A stretch of 61,030 nucleotides of DNA, counting the filler, from an uncultured bacterium (lineage in GTDB: Bacteria; DAOPZR01): the NCBI GenBank assembly GCA_964637655.1. It is 3 parts of 3 records of this genome, joined end to end, with 100 filler letters (N's around TTAATTAATTAA, not from the genome) between each part and the next. Parts side by side here need not be neighbours in the genome. Positions count along the whole stretch, not along the records: positions 20,548 to 40,797 come from CAZWUZ010000029.1; 2 more parts are not named here. One strand, written 5' to 3'. The notes under the pieces are model-generated. The model was given only the letters and a program-made list of their open reading frames with translations. It did no database searches and was not told the DNA's origin. A program made the translations under genes and the position numbers. How positions within the stretch are numbered: position 1 is the stretch's first letter; the number at the start of each line of letters is the position of its first letter. Below, one piece after another: positions 28,379 to 38,619 of the stretch.

Positions 28379-28407
28379 TTGACGTGCCGGCAGCGCGGTA
28401 GTACCAT
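28379..28407 (+). promoter_or_regulatory. Leaderless sigma70 promoter
   Basis: TTGACG-17-TACCAT-6-ATG. Confidence 0.65.
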
Positions 28408-28413
28408 GCCCGC

Positions 28414-28899
28414 ATGCAGCAGGAACAGACAGGTCGCTGGTGGCGTATCCTGCAACCGGGGGTGGCGGTATGCCTGCTCCTGCTGGGCACGGCACTCGTG
28501 CATGCCGGGCTGACGACCGCGCGTGATGATGTGGCGGCCTGGCGGGCCCGCTCACTGCCGGCGACCGGCACCGTGGTCGCCCTCGAGGAACAGACCGCGT
28601 ACAGCGGCAGCGAGGGCCGGGAACGCGTGACGGCGTTCCCGGTGATCACCTTTGTCACGCGGGAGGGGCGGACCGTCACCTATCGCGACCCGGCCCCCAA
28701 CACGCCGGTGCAGGCATTCCTGGTCGGCGACACGGTGCCGGTACGCTATGACCCGGCTGATCCGTCACGCGCGGGGCTTGACACGCCGCTGACTGCCCAT
28801 GCGCCGCCGGTGATCATCACGGTTGTCGGTGGTGTGCTGGCCCTGGCCGGCGCCTGGCTGCTGCAGGGAACCTGGCGCCGGATGCGCGCTGCCCGGTAA
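28414..28899 (+). CDS. DUF3592-like membrane protein
   Basis: TM-ATGTVV..PVITF..GDTVPVRYDPADP-TM. Confidence 0.8.
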   Translation: MQQEQTGRWWRILQPGVAVCLLLLGTALVHAGLTTARDDVAAWRARSLPATGTVVALEEQTAYSGSEGRERVTAFPVITFVTREGRTVTYRDPAPNTPVQAFLVGDTVPVRYDPADPSRAGLDTPLTAHAPPVIITVVGGVLALAGAWLLQGTWRRMRAAR

Positions 28900-29984
28900 T
28901 GCTGCCGTTGCCGTCGCTGGCCGCGTTTTTCGCTGCCGCCCTGCTGCTGGCCCTCGCGCCGGGCCCGGACAACCTCTTTGTGCTGGCACAGTCGGCACTG
29001 CATGGTGCGCGCAAGGGGATTGCCGTCACGCTTGGTCTCTGCACCGGCCTGCTCGTGCATACCGCGCTGGTGGCGCTCGGCATTGCCGCGCTGCTGCATG
29101 CCGTGCCCGGGGCATTCCTGCTCGTCCGCCTCTTCGGGGCCGGCTACCTGCTGGTGCTTGCGTGGCAGGCGCTGCGCGTGCCGGTCACCGCCGCCGATGC
29201 CGACGGTGAGGCCATGCCGCTGCTGCGCTATTACCGGCGCGGCATCATCATGAACATCACCAATCCCAAGGTGGCGCTCTTTTTCCTTGCCTTCCTGCCG
29301 CCGTTCACCGACCCGCAGCGGGGGTCCGTACCGCTGCAGGTCATGCTGCTCGGTGCGCTCTTTATCGCCGCCGCGCTCATCGTCTTCGGGACGCTATGTC
29401 TCGGGGCCGCTACCATCGGCGTACACCTGCGCCGCCACCCGCGCCTGCAGCAGCTGCTCAACCGCGCCGCCGGCACGCTCTACCTGCTGCTGGCCGCGCA
29501 TCTCGCGGTGTCAGCCACTGACGGAGGAGAAATCATGGAACGCTACCTGCCGCTGCTCGCCCTGCCCGCTTTCCTGCTGCTCTGGTGCGGGGTGCTGTTC
29601 CTGCTTGCGCGTCTGGGCGGCTGGACAGAGCTGGCGCAGCGCTACGCGACGGAACTGCCGTTCCCCGACGGCTGCCGGTATTTCGTCAGTGCGCAGTTCC
29701 GCGCGCTGACGCGCTACGGGGGCTGCCTGATCGCCGGGGCGGATGCACAGGGGATTTACCTCAAGCCGTGGCTGTTGTTCCGCCCGTTCCATCCGCCGCT
29801 GCATATCCCGTGGGCGGAGATTGCGGTCACGGACGAACAGCAGTGGCTGTGGCGCTGTGTACGGTTCACCTTCCCCGGCGTGCCGGGTGCGTACTGCCGG
29901 TTCCGGGCCGCCACCGCGGCCTTTCTTCTCCGCCAGCGCACGGCCGGTCCCGTCTCTGTTGACCCCGGCGGCGGAATAAGGTAA
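28899..29984 (+). CDS. LysE family translocator read in frame into a second small membrane protein
   Basis: PGPDNL, GAGYL, NITNPKVALFF; internal GGAGGAG and in-frame ATG at 29535. Confidence 0.8.
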   Translation: MLPLPSLAAFFAAALLLALAPGPDNLFVLAQSALHGARKGIAVTLGLCTGLLVHTALVALGIAALLHAVPGAFLLVRLFGAGYLLVLAWQALRVPVTAADADGEAMPLLRYYRRGIIMNITNPKVALFFLAFLPPFTDPQRGSVPLQVMLLGALFIAAALIVFGTLCLGAATIGVHLRRHPRLQQLLNRAAGTLYLLLAAHLAVSATDGGEIMERYLPLLALPAFLLLWCGVLFLLARLGGWTELAQRYATELPFPDGCRYFVSAQFRALTRYGGCLIAGADAQGIYLKPWLLFRPFHPPLHIPWAEIAVTDEQQWLWRCVRFTFPGVPGAYCRFRAATAAFLLRQRTAGPVSVDPGGGIR

Positions 29985-30026
29985 CTTTTTCCGGTGCTGC
30001 CGCGCGGCGGCAGGAGGAGAGGCACC

Positions 30027-31199
30027 ATGCGGAATATCGGGATGCTCGCTATGCTCATCGCCCTGCTGGCGTCCGGCTGCGGTGGCGGGCAGCAGGGAAC
30101 CACGACGACGGGCGTGGAGGGAACCACCATCGTTATCGGCGGTGTGTTGCCGCTGACCGGCGAAATCGCCACCTATGGCGTCTCCATGCGCAATGCCATC
30201 CAGTTATATTTTGACGAACTGAACGCGCGGGGCGGCATTACGCTCGCCGACGGCAAGGCATATACCGTCCGCTTCGTCTGCGAGGACGACGGCAGCAAAC
30301 CCGAAGGGGCGAACAACGCCTTCCGCAAGCTCATCGACCAGGACAAGGTCTTCGCCATTATCGGCTCGCTGACCAGCAACTGCTCGCTGGCGGGCGCACC
30401 CGTCGCACAGGCGGCGAAAGTTGTCACCATCGCTCCGGTCTCGACCAACGTGGAGGTGACAAAAATCGGCGACCATATCTTCCGCGCCTGCTTTGTCGAC
30501 GCCTTTCAGGGCGAGGTCATGGCGCGCTATACCTATGCGTATGCGGGCGCGCGCCGCGCCGCGGTCATCTACGACAACGGCAACGACTATTCCAAGGGGC
30601 TGGCGGAAACGTTCCGCGCCGCCTTTACCCGACTGGGCGGCGAGGTCGTGGCGGCGGAGGCGTTCACCGACGAGGCGCGCACCACCGACTACGCGGCGCA
30701 ACTCACCAGCATCAAGGCGGCCAATCCCGACCTGCTCTTTGTGCCCTGCTACTATACCGCCACGGCGCATATCGCCAGACAGGCGCGCGGGCTCGGGCTG
30801 ACCGTGCCGCTGGCCGGCTGCGACGGCTGGGATTCGCCGAAACTGGCGGAACTTGCCGGCGCCGCCATCGAGGGTGGCGTCTTCTCCAATCATTACAGCA
30901 AGGACGACACGCGGCCCGAGGTGCAGGCCTTTGTCAGCGCCTACCGGGCGAAGTACGGCACCGATCCGGATGCCATGGGGGCGCTCGGCTACGATGCGGC
31001 GCTGATGCTGGCTGACGCTATCCGCCGCGCCGGTCGGGCTGACCGTGAGGCGGCGCGCGCGGCGCTGGCTGCGACCCGCGACCTGCAGACGGTTTCCGGG
31101 CGAATCTCACTCGATGCGAACCGCAACCCGGTCAAGAGCGCGGCCATATTGCGCCTGACGGGCGGGAGGCAGACCTATCTGCTGACGGTCAACCCGTAA
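30027..31199 (+). CDS. livK: Branched-chain amino acid ABC transporter substrate-binding lipoprotein
   Basis: Lipobox, PLTG, FRACFVD, NDYSKGL; first gene of the liv cluster. Confidence 0.88.
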   Translation: MRNIGMLAMLIALLASGCGGGQQGTTTTGVEGTTIVIGGVLPLTGEIATYGVSMRNAIQLYFDELNARGGITLADGKAYTVRFVCEDDGSKPEGANNAFRKLIDQDKVFAIIGSLTSNCSLAGAPVAQAAKVVTIAPVSTNVEVTKIGDHIFRACFVDAFQGEVMARYTYAYAGARRAAVIYDNGNDYSKGLAETFRAAFTRLGGEVVAAEAFTDEARTTDYAAQLTSIKAANPDLLFVPCYYTATAHIARQARGLGLTVPLAGCDGWDSPKLAELAGAAIEGGVFSNHYSKDDTRPEVQAFVSAYRAKYGTDPDAMGALGYDAALMLADAIRRAGRADREAARAALAATRDLQTVSGRISLDANRNPVKSAAILRLTGGRQTYLLTVNP

Positions 31200-31205
31200 A
31201 CATGC

Positions 31206-32246
31206 GTGCTGACACAGGCGGGGGCGCCTGTGCCACATAACCTGCGCCGGTGCCTGTGCTGGGGCGGCGTGCTGGCGGCTGCCGTAGCTGGCGGCGTGGC
31301 CTGGCTGGGCCCCGCCACCTTTACGCAGCAACTCCTCAACGGGCTGCACCTCGGCAGCATTTGCGCGCTCATCGCACTTGGCTACACCATGGTCTACGGT
31401 ATTCTCAAACTCATCAACTTCGCGCATGGCGACCTCTTCATGTTCGGTGCCTATGTCGCCTGTTTCACCGGTACGGCGGCGCTGGCGCGCGGGCAGGTGG
31501 CGTGGGTGGCGCTCCCCGCGGTGCTTATCGCCGCGATGGCGGCGACGGGGCTGCTCGGCTGGTGCATCGAGCGTTTCGCCTACCGCCCGCTGCGTGCCCA
31601 GCCGCGCCTCTCGGCGCTGATTACCGCGCTCGGCGTCTCGCTGCTGCTGGAAAACTTCTTTGCGCTGCCGCCGCAGGATGTGCCGTGGCCGGTCAGTGCC
31701 GTCGTCTTCGGGCCCGACCCCGTCGCCTTCCCGAAACTGATTGAGGATGTGCCGCTGACCGTGGCCGGGGTGTCGTTCAGTTCGGTCAAACTCGCCTGCC
31801 TGCTCGTTGCGGTCGCGCTCATGCTCGGGCTCGAGTGGTTCGTGCACCGCACCCGCACGGGCCTCGCGATGCGCGCGGTGGCGCAGCAGCGCGACGGCGC
31901 GGCGCTCATGGGCATCAATGTCGACCGCATCATCGCGTTGACCTTCGTCATCGGCAGTGCGCTCGGGGCGGCAGGCGGGCTGCTCTTCGGGCTTTCCTAC
32001 GGCTCGCTCAACTCCCCGACGCTCGGTATCACGCCCGGGCTCAAGGCGTTCATCGCCGCGGTGCTTGGCGGCATCGGCAGCATTCCGGGCGCCATGCTCG
32101 GCGGCTACCTGATGGGCGTCTCCGAGACCTTCGCCACCGCGCTCAACTCGAACCTCGGCAGCGGCATCGCCTTTGTCATCCTCATCCTCGTGCTGCTGTG
32201 GAAACCGACGGGGCTGCTCGGCAGCACGCGCAGGGAGAAGGTCTGA
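31206..32246 (+). CDS. livH: Branched-chain amino acid ABC permease
   Basis: ALGYTMVYGILKLINFAHG, KAFIAAVLGGIG. Confidence 0.9.
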   Translation: MLTQAGAPVPHNLRRCLCWGGVLAAAVAGGVAWLGPATFTQQLLNGLHLGSICALIALGYTMVYGILKLINFAHGDLFMFGAYVACFTGTAALARGQVAWVALPAVLIAAMAATGLLGWCIERFAYRPLRAQPRLSALITALGVSLLLENFFALPPQDVPWPVSAVVFGPDPVAFPKLIEDVPLTVAGVSFSSVKLACLLVAVALMLGLEWFVHRTRTGLAMRAVAQQRDGAALMGINVDRIIALTFVIGSALGAAGGLLFGLSYGSLNSPTLGITPGLKAFIAAVLGGIGSIPGAMLGGYLMGVSETFATALNSNLGSGIAFVILILVLLWKPTGLLGSTRREKV

Positions 32247-33305
32247 GTGCGCGCGCTCGGTGCCTTCCTGCGCGGCGACGCGGTGCTCATCGCGCTGGTG
32301 CTGACGGTGCCGCTGCTTATCGTGCTTACCGACGGCACGCTGCTCCCCGGCTTCGCGCCGCTCCCCGCCTACGTGCGCGCCCTCGCCCTGCAGGTCGGGG
32401 TCAACCTCGTCGTGGTCATCGGCCTGCTGCTCATCAACGGGCTCTGCGGGCAATTATCGCTCGGGCATGCGGGGTTCATGGCGCTCGGGGCCTACAGTGC
32501 GGCGCTGCTGACGAAGGCGTACGGGGCGCAGCCGCACACGGTTACCGGCACCTTTCTCATGGTCGCAGGGATGCTGCTCGGCGGGCTGGTGGCGGCCGCT
32601 GCCGGCTGGCTCATCGGCAAGCCGACCTTCCGCCTGCGCGGCGATTACCTCGCCATTGTCACCCTCGCCTTTGCCGAGATCATCGGCGCGCTGCTGCGCG
32701 CCTCGGATGAACTGGCGCCGCTGGCCGGGCAGGTGTGGCCCGCGGCGGGTGAACTGCTGGCGCAGGTGCGCGGTCCGCGCGGTATCATCGCCATCCCCGC
32801 GCTTGCCGACCCGTGGCTGGTTTTTTTCACCGTGCTTGCCGCGGTGCTCACCGCGCGCAATTTCATCTTTTCCACGCATGGGCGCGCCTGCCGCGCGCTG
32901 TGCGACGACGAACTGGCGGCGCAGACGCTCGGCATCGACACGGCGCGCTACGCCACGCTCGCCTTCTGCGCCGCCGCCTTCTGGGCGGGCGTCGGCGGCG
33001 CGCTCTACGCGCATCTCTTCGGGTTTATCGATCCCAACAGTTTCTCCTTCCTCAAGACCATCGACTATCTCATCTACCTTTACGTCGGCGGCATGCACAG
33101 TTTCAGCGGGGTGCTGGCGGCGACCACCGGGCTGACGCTCCTCCCCGAGGCGCTGCGCGCGCTCGACCTCGCGCAGTGGCGCATGGTTGCCTATCCGCTC
33201 ATCCTCATCGTGCTCATGCTCTGCAAGCCCGCCGGGCTCTTCGGGCGCCGTGAATGGCGTCTGCTGCTGCCGCCCGCGCTGCGCCGCCGGGAGCCGCGCG
33301 CATGA
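32247..33305 (+). CDS. livM: Branched-chain amino acid ABC permease
   Basis: GQLSLGHAGF, RLRGDYLAIVTLAFAEI. Confidence 0.9.
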   Translation: MRALGAFLRGDAVLIALVLTVPLLIVLTDGTLLPGFAPLPAYVRALALQVGVNLVVVIGLLLINGLCGQLSLGHAGFMALGAYSAALLTKAYGAQPHTVTGTFLMVAGMLLGGLVAAAAGWLIGKPTFRLRGDYLAIVTLAFAEIIGALLRASDELAPLAGQVWPAAGELLAQVRGPRGIIAIPALADPWLVFFTVLAAVLTARNFIFSTHGRACRALCDDELAAQTLGIDTARYATLAFCAAAFWAGVGGALYAHLFGFIDPNSFSFLKTIDYLIYLYVGGMHSFSGVLAATTGLTLLPEALRALDLAQWRMVAYPLILIVLMLCKPAGLFGRREWRLLLPPALRRREPRA

Positions 33306-34078
33306 ATATCCTGGAACTGCGCGGCGTCTCGGTCGCGTTTGGCGGCCTGCAGGCGGTGGCGGGGATCGACCTGGCGGTGCGGCGCGGGGCGAAACATGCC
33401 ATCATCGGGCCGAACGGCGCAGGCAAGACGACGCTCTTCAACCTCATCACCGGCCTCTACTCGCCTGACGCGGGGGAAATCATCGGTGACGGCGAGCCGC
33501 TGCAGGGGCTGCCGCCGCATGCGGTCAATGCGCACGGCATCGCCCGCACCTTCCAGAACATCCGCCTTTTCCCGTCGCTCTCCGTGCTCGACAACGTGCG
33601 CGTGGCGGCACATGCGCGGCTCGCCTACCCGCTGCCGGCGGCGCTGCTGGCCGGCGGCACGGCGGCAGCGGGCGAAGCGCGCATGGAGCGTGCGGCGCGC
33701 GACCTGCTGAAATTGTTCAACCTCGACGCGGTGTGCGACCAGCCGGCGCAGTCGCTCCCCTACGGCGAGCAGCGGCGTCTCGAGATCGCCCGTGCCATCG
33801 CCTGCCGCCCGAAACTGCTGCTGCTCGACGAGCCGGCGGCGGGGATGAACCCGGCGGAAATCGGGCAGCTGCGCACGCTGCTGCAGGCGGTGCACGAGGA
33901 ATACGGGCTGACGACGCTGCTCATCGAGCACCATATGCAGCTGGTTATGGAACTGTGTGAAACGATCACCGTGCTCGATTTCGGGAAGGTGATCGCCACC
34001 GGCACGCCGGCGGAGGTGCAGCGCCACCCGCGCGTGCTTGCCGCCTACCTCGGTGACGACGGGGAGGAGACCGCATGA
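33302..34078 (+). CDS. livG: Branched-chain amino acid ABC ATPase
   Basis: GPNGAGKT, ARTFQNIRLF, LPYGEQRRLEIARA. Confidence 0.92.
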   Translation: MNILELRGVSVAFGGLQAVAGIDLAVRRGAKHAIIGPNGAGKTTLFNLITGLYSPDAGEIIGDGEPLQGLPPHAVNAHGIARTFQNIRLFPSLSVLDNVRVAAHARLAYPLPAALLAGGTAAAGEARMERAARDLLKLFNLDAVCDQPAQSLPYGEQRRLEIARAIACRPKLLLLDEPAAGMNPAEIGQLRTLLQAVHEEYGLTTLLIEHHMQLVMELCETITVLDFGKVIATGTPAEVQRHPRVLAAYLGDDGEETA

Positions 34079-34791
34079 ACGGCGGCTTCCTGCTCACTGT
34101 CGAGCGCCTGCGCGTCGCCTACGGCGCCATTACCGCGCTGGACGACGTCACCCTGACCGTCGGGGCGGGCGAGGTGGTCGCCATCGTCGGGGCCAACGGG
34201 GCGGGCAAAACGACGCTGCTGCGCACGCTGTCGGGACTGCTGCGCCCGGCGGCGGGGGAAATCCGCTTCAATGGAGAACGGCTCGACGGGCTGGCGCCCG
34301 ACGCCATCGTTCGGCGCGGCCTTATCCATGTTCCCGAGGGGCGCTGCATCTTCCCGGAGATGACCGTGCGCGAAAACCTGCGCCTCGGGGCCTGCCTGCG
34401 GCGCGATGCGGCGGCCATCGCCCGCGACGAGGAAAAGGTGCTCAATCTCTTCCCGCGGCTGCGCGAGCGGCTGGCGCAGCGCGGCGGCACGATTTCGGGC
34501 GGGGAGCAGCAGATGCTCGCCATCGCCCGCGGCCTGCTGGCGCGCCCGACGCTGCTGCTGCTCGACGAGCCGTCGATGGGGCTCGCCCCGAAACTGGTGC
34601 GCGAGATCTTCCGCATCGTCGGGGAGATCAGCCGCGACGGGGTGACGGTGCTGCTCGTCGAGCAGAACGCGCATCTCGCGCTGGCGGCGGCACAGCGCGC
34701 CTACATTCTCGGCAACGGGCGCGTGCTCATGGACGGGGCGGCGGAGAATTTTGCCGACGACCCGCGCGTGCGCGATGCCTACCTGTCCTGA
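34075..34791 (+). CDS. livF: Branched-chain amino acid ABC ATPase
   Basis: GANGAGKT, VPEGR, SGGEQQMLA, VEQN. Confidence 0.92.
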   Translation: MNGGFLLTVERLRVAYGAITALDDVTLTVGAGEVVAIVGANGAGKTTLLRTLSGLLRPAAGEIRFNGERLDGLAPDAIVRRGLIHVPEGRCIFPEMTVRENLRLGACLRRDAAAIARDEEKVLNLFPRLRERLAQRGGTISGGEQQMLAIARGLLARPTLLLLDEPSMGLAPKLVREIFRIVGEISRDGVTVLLVEQNAHLALAAAQRAYILGNGRVLMDGAAENFADDPRVRDAYLS

Positions 34792-34804
34792 AGGGAGGAT
34801 GACC

Positions 34805-35992
34805 ATGGCGGTTGATGTGCTGGTGCTCAATGCGCTGATTCTCGACCTGCGCAGTCCCGCGTTTACGTTCGCCGGGAAACTGGCCGGACCGGGCGGGCTG
34901 GCGAAATGCGCGACCGCCGATCTTCCCCCCTACACGCCGGCGGAACTCGACGCGTTCATCGCGCGCAGCGCGACCGCGGGCGGCGCGGGGAACGTGGCGC
35001 CGCTGCTCACCCGCGCCGGACTCGCCGCCGCGGTGGGCGGCTATCTCGGGCGGGGACCGTATCACGGGCTGGACAGCGCAGGACGCGCCTTCCACGACCT
35101 GCTCGCCGCGGCCGGAGTCGACCTCTCCGCGGTGCTCGTCCACCCGACGCTGCCGAGCGGGATGACCTTCATTCACGAGGTGCCGGCCGGGGAACGGGGC
35201 GGGCTCGCCTGTTTCCTCAATGCCAATGACGATTTTGATTTCGCGGTCTTTGCCCCGCATGTCGCGCGCCTGCAGCCGCGCGTGGTGCAGTATCTCTATT
35301 CCGGACTCTCGGCGCGCGGTGACGCGCATGGCGGCCGCGACCTGGCGGCGTTCATCGGTCAGTGCCGCGAACGTGGGGCGCTGACCATCGTCGACAGTCA
35401 CACGCTGACGGGCGATCCGCAGGCGCATATCGACCGGCGCGAGCCGCTTGCCGCCTACCGCCTGCTCGAGCCGCTCCTCCCCGAGCTGGACATCTTTTTC
35501 ACTTCGCAGGACGAGGCCCGCCTGATCCGCCTCACGCTCGACCCGGAGTACCGTGGCGACACGGATGCGCCGGGGTTCCTGCAGTTTCTCGCCCGGCGTT
35601 TTGCCGACCGCCGCCGCACGCAACTCTTCGGGGTGACCGTGCGCGACGGCGCGCATACCTGCCTGGTGACACCGGACGGCGCTCTCCAGCCGCCGGTGTT
35701 CCATGCCTCGCGCTTCATGGTGGGCGAGGTGCGGGACCTGGTTGGAGCGGGTGACGCGTTCCGCGCCGGCCTGCTCACCGTGCTGGCCCGTCAGGCGGAT
35801 GCCTTCCGCCGCGGCACGCCCGACCTTGCCGCCGCGGTGCAGACAGGCAACCTGATGGCGGTGCTCTATATCACCGCGCCGCTGCATGACCGCTACCGCG
35901 GCATACCCGATGCCGCGACACTGGCGCGCGTGGTGCAGAGCGGGCGCTCGTTTGCCACGCTGGCCGACCTGCGCGTGGCGCTGGCCGCATGA
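34805..35992 (+). CDS. PfkB family carbohydrate kinase
   Basis: AGGAGNVA and DLVGAGDAF. Confidence 0.85.
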   Translation: MAVDVLVLNALILDLRSPAFTFAGKLAGPGGLAKCATADLPPYTPAELDAFIARSATAGGAGNVAPLLTRAGLAAAVGGYLGRGPYHGLDSAGRAFHDLLAAAGVDLSAVLVHPTLPSGMTFIHEVPAGERGGLACFLNANDDFDFAVFAPHVARLQPRVVQYLYSGLSARGDAHGGRDLAAFIGQCRERGALTIVDSHTLTGDPQAHIDRREPLAAYRLLEPLLPELDIFFTSQDEARLIRLTLDPEYRGDTDAPGFLQFLARRFADRRRTQLFGVTVRDGAHTCLVTPDGALQPPVFHASRFMVGEVRDLVGAGDAFRAGLLTVLARQADAFRRGTPDLAAAVQTGNLMAVLYITAPLHDRYRGIPDAATLARVVQSGRSFATLADLRVALAA

Positions 35993-36021
35993 CCTGCGCG
36001 CCGGGGCGGTGAGCGGAACCC

Positions 36022-36885
36022 ATGTGGCTCGTCTACACGCTGGCTGCGACACTGCTCTACGGCGTCATGAACTTCGTCAACAAGGTCGCGGTCGAGCGCG
36101 GCTACAGCGCGCCGGTGATGGTCGCGGTCTCGGCGGCGACGGTCAGCACCGGCTGCCTGCTGGCGCTGCTGCTGCGCGGCACCATGCCGGCGGCGGCGGG
36201 ACTGCTGGCTGTTTTCGCCTGTCTCAACGGGTTCTTCTACGGGAGCGGACACCTGGCCAAACTGGCGGCGCTGCGGCGCGCGCCGGCGGGTGTGGTCTTT
36301 CCGCTCGACAAGTTCAATGTGCTGTTTGTCATCATCATCGGGATACTCTGGTTTGGCGACCGCCCGACGGGGATACAGGCGGCGGGAATGGTGCTGGCGG
36401 TCGCGGTGCTCGTCCTGCTGGTGCGGCAGGACCCGGGGGAGCGGAAAGCGGCCCATACTGCAGGGGTGCTGCTGGCACTGCTGGCCGCCGGCTGCACCGC
36501 GCTGTCGATGACGGCGGGGAAACTTGCCGCCGAACGCGTCGACAAGGCGGGCTACATGTTCGTGTCGTATACGCTGGTGTTCGGCTATGCGCTGCTGCTT
36601 GCCCGGCTGCGCCTGTCGCGCTCCGCGCTGCGCGCGGCGCTTACCGACCGCCGCCAGGTCGCGGCAGGGATGCTCATCGGGCTGCTCAACGGGATCGGCT
36701 ACTACTGCATCCTGCACGCGTTTGCGGCGTACCAGCTGGCGCTTATCCAGCCGGTGTTCGCCCTCTCGATTCTCATTCCCATCATCCTCTCGGCGATGGT
36801 CTATCACGAACACCTGAACGCGCGGCGGTGGGGCGCCATCGTGCTCGCCCTGCTGGCAGTCATCCTCATCAAGGCCGGCGGCTGA
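36022..36885 (+). CDS. EamA/DMT family transporter
   Basis: About 10 TM helices in two repeats. Confidence 0.8.
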   Translation: MWLVYTLAATLLYGVMNFVNKVAVERGYSAPVMVAVSAATVSTGCLLALLLRGTMPAAAGLLAVFACLNGFFYGSGHLAKLAALRRAPAGVVFPLDKFNVLFVIIIGILWFGDRPTGIQAAGMVLAVAVLVLLVRQDPGERKAAHTAGVLLALLAAGCTALSMTAGKLAAERVDKAGYMFVSYTLVFGYALLLARLRLSRSALRAALTDRRQVAAGMLIGLLNGIGYYCILHAFAAYQLALIQPVFALSILIPIILSAMVYHEHLNARRWGAIVLALLAVILIKAGG

Positions 36886-36907
36886 TGCGGACAGGAACGG
36901 TGGCGTC

Positions 36908-38563
36908 GTGAGAGACCGCCTGTCAACTGCTGTGCGCCGCCGCCGTGCCCGCCGCTGGCTGCCGCTCGCCGGGCTCATGCTCGCGGTTGCCGCGCTGCTG
37001 GTGCTGACGGCTGATGACCTTGGGGTTACGGTCGATGAGGCGCGCTACCTGCGGCGGGCGGAATCGATGCGCGACTATCTTGCCGGGAGCATGGCGGCGC
37101 TGCGGGCCGACGATCTGCAGACGCCGTTCTCGCCCGACTTCATCGATTATCATTTCCACCGCTACGCGTGGCTCCCCGGACACCCGGACTTCTACCGGCT
37201 GGTCAATGCCGGCTTTCTCGTGCTCGCCGGCGATACGCTCGGACCGTTTGCCGCCGTGCGACTTGGCACGCAGGTGGTCTTCGTGCTGCTCTTCCTGCCG
37301 CTGTGGTATGGCGAACTGCGGCGGCGTGCCGGGACGGGCGTGGCGCTGTTCTTTGTCGTGGCACTCTGCGCCAACGGGCGCGTCTGGCATGAACTGCATC
37401 ATGCCACCTTCGACGCGCCGGCGATGATGATGACCTGGTTCGCCCTGCTGGCCCTGATGCGTCTGCCGGCGCGCCCGGGGGCCTGCATCGCGGCGGCGGT
37501 GCTGGTCGGCTGCGCACTCAATACCAAGTCGCAGACCGCCGCGGTGCCGGCTGCGCTCGTGCTGCTTGCCCTGCTGGTACGCGACCGCGCCCTGCGCCGT
37601 TTTGCCGTGGCGGTGGTGCTGCTGGCGCCGCTGGTCTACTGGGTCGGGCGTCCCTGGCTCTGGCACGATCCGTTCGGCCGTATGCTGGCGACCGCGCAGT
37701 ATGCCCGCACCTGGAGCCAAAATACGCCGCTCTTCGGCGGACATACGACGGTGCCGGTACGCTATCTGGACACGATATGGGTGCGCGTGGCGGATCGTGG
37801 CGGCCCGCCCTGGCATTATGTGCCGGTGATGATAACGGCGACGCTGCCGCTGTTTGTCACTGTGCTCCTGCCGGCCGGCATCCTGGTCATGCTGCGCCGC
37901 GGCGGCCGCGCCCGCCTGCTGCCGCCGGCGGTGATCGCCGTCTTCCTCGCCATGCTGCTGACACCGGGGGCGCCGCGCTATGACGGGGTGCGTCTGTACC
38001 TGGTTATCTGGCCGCTGCTCTACCTGGTGGCTGCCGAGGGGTACGTCGCGCTGCGCCGGCGGTATGCGTGCCTGCGCCGCCCGCTGGCCCGTACTGGCTG
38101 CCTGCTGCTGCTGGCGGCGACCGTGCTGCAGACCGCGTCACTGCGGCCGTATTACGAAATGTATTACAGCGACGCGTGCGGCGGACCGGCGGGAGCGCAG
38201 CGCCTCGGACTGGAAACGCAGTACAGCGGCGGGTGTATCAATCGCGAGTTCATCGCGCGCTACCTCAAGCCGCTGCCGCCCGGCACCCGTCTTGCCCTGC
38301 TGCCCGACATCATTCCCGTCCTGCGCATCTACCGCGATCTGGGTGAACTGCGCCCCGACGTGGTGCCGTACCCGGCGTCCGATACGGAAGCGGTGGTGGT
38401 CTGGTACCGCGAGGGGTATCTGGATTCCGCCATGCCGCCGGCGCTGCGGGCGACTGATCCGGTGCGGACGGAGACCCGGGCCGGGGTTACGGTCTGGGAA
38501 CTCTACGCGCTGTCACCGCGGGTGCGGGAGGTCTGGGCCGCGCCGCCGCGTGCAAGCAGATGA
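36908..38563 (+). CDS. GT-C fold (PMT-like) membrane glycosyltransferase
   Basis: GVTVDEARY, NTK, PWLWHDP, PWHY, YDGVRLYL; many TM helices. Confidence 0.75.
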   Translation: MRDRLSTAVRRRRARRWLPLAGLMLAVAALLVLTADDLGVTVDEARYLRRAESMRDYLAGSMAALRADDLQTPFSPDFIDYHFHRYAWLPGHPDFYRLVNAGFLVLAGDTLGPFAAVRLGTQVVFVLLFLPLWYGELRRRAGTGVALFFVVALCANGRVWHELHHATFDAPAMMMTWFALLALMRLPARPGACIAAAVLVGCALNTKSQTAAVPAALVLLALLVRDRALRRFAVAVVLLAPLVYWVGRPWLWHDPFGRMLATAQYARTWSQNTPLFGGHTTVPVRYLDTIWVRVADRGGPPWHYVPVMITATLPLFVTVLLPAGILVMLRRGGRARLLPPAVIAVFLAMLLTPGAPRYDGVRLYLVIWPLLYLVAAEGYVALRRRYACLRRPLARTGCLLLLAATVLQTASLRPYYEMYYSDACGGPAGAQRLGLETQYSGGCINREFIARYLKPLPPGTRLALLPDIIPVLRIYRDLGELRPDVVPYPASDTEAVVVWYREGYLDSAMPPALRATDPVRTETRAGVTVWELYALSPRVREVWAAPPRASR

Positions 38564-38617
38564 ACGATGAGCGTTCAGCGGGCTGTTTTCCGCGCCCGCT
38601 GCCGCGCGAAGTTCGCA
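38559..38617 (-). repeat. attC site 8 (distal; R' overlaps the stop codon of the chromosomal GT gene)
   Basis: gatgaac-gatga-gcgttcagcgggc..gcccgctgccgcgc-gaa-gttcgca. Confidence 0.85.
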
Positions 38618-38619
38618 GG

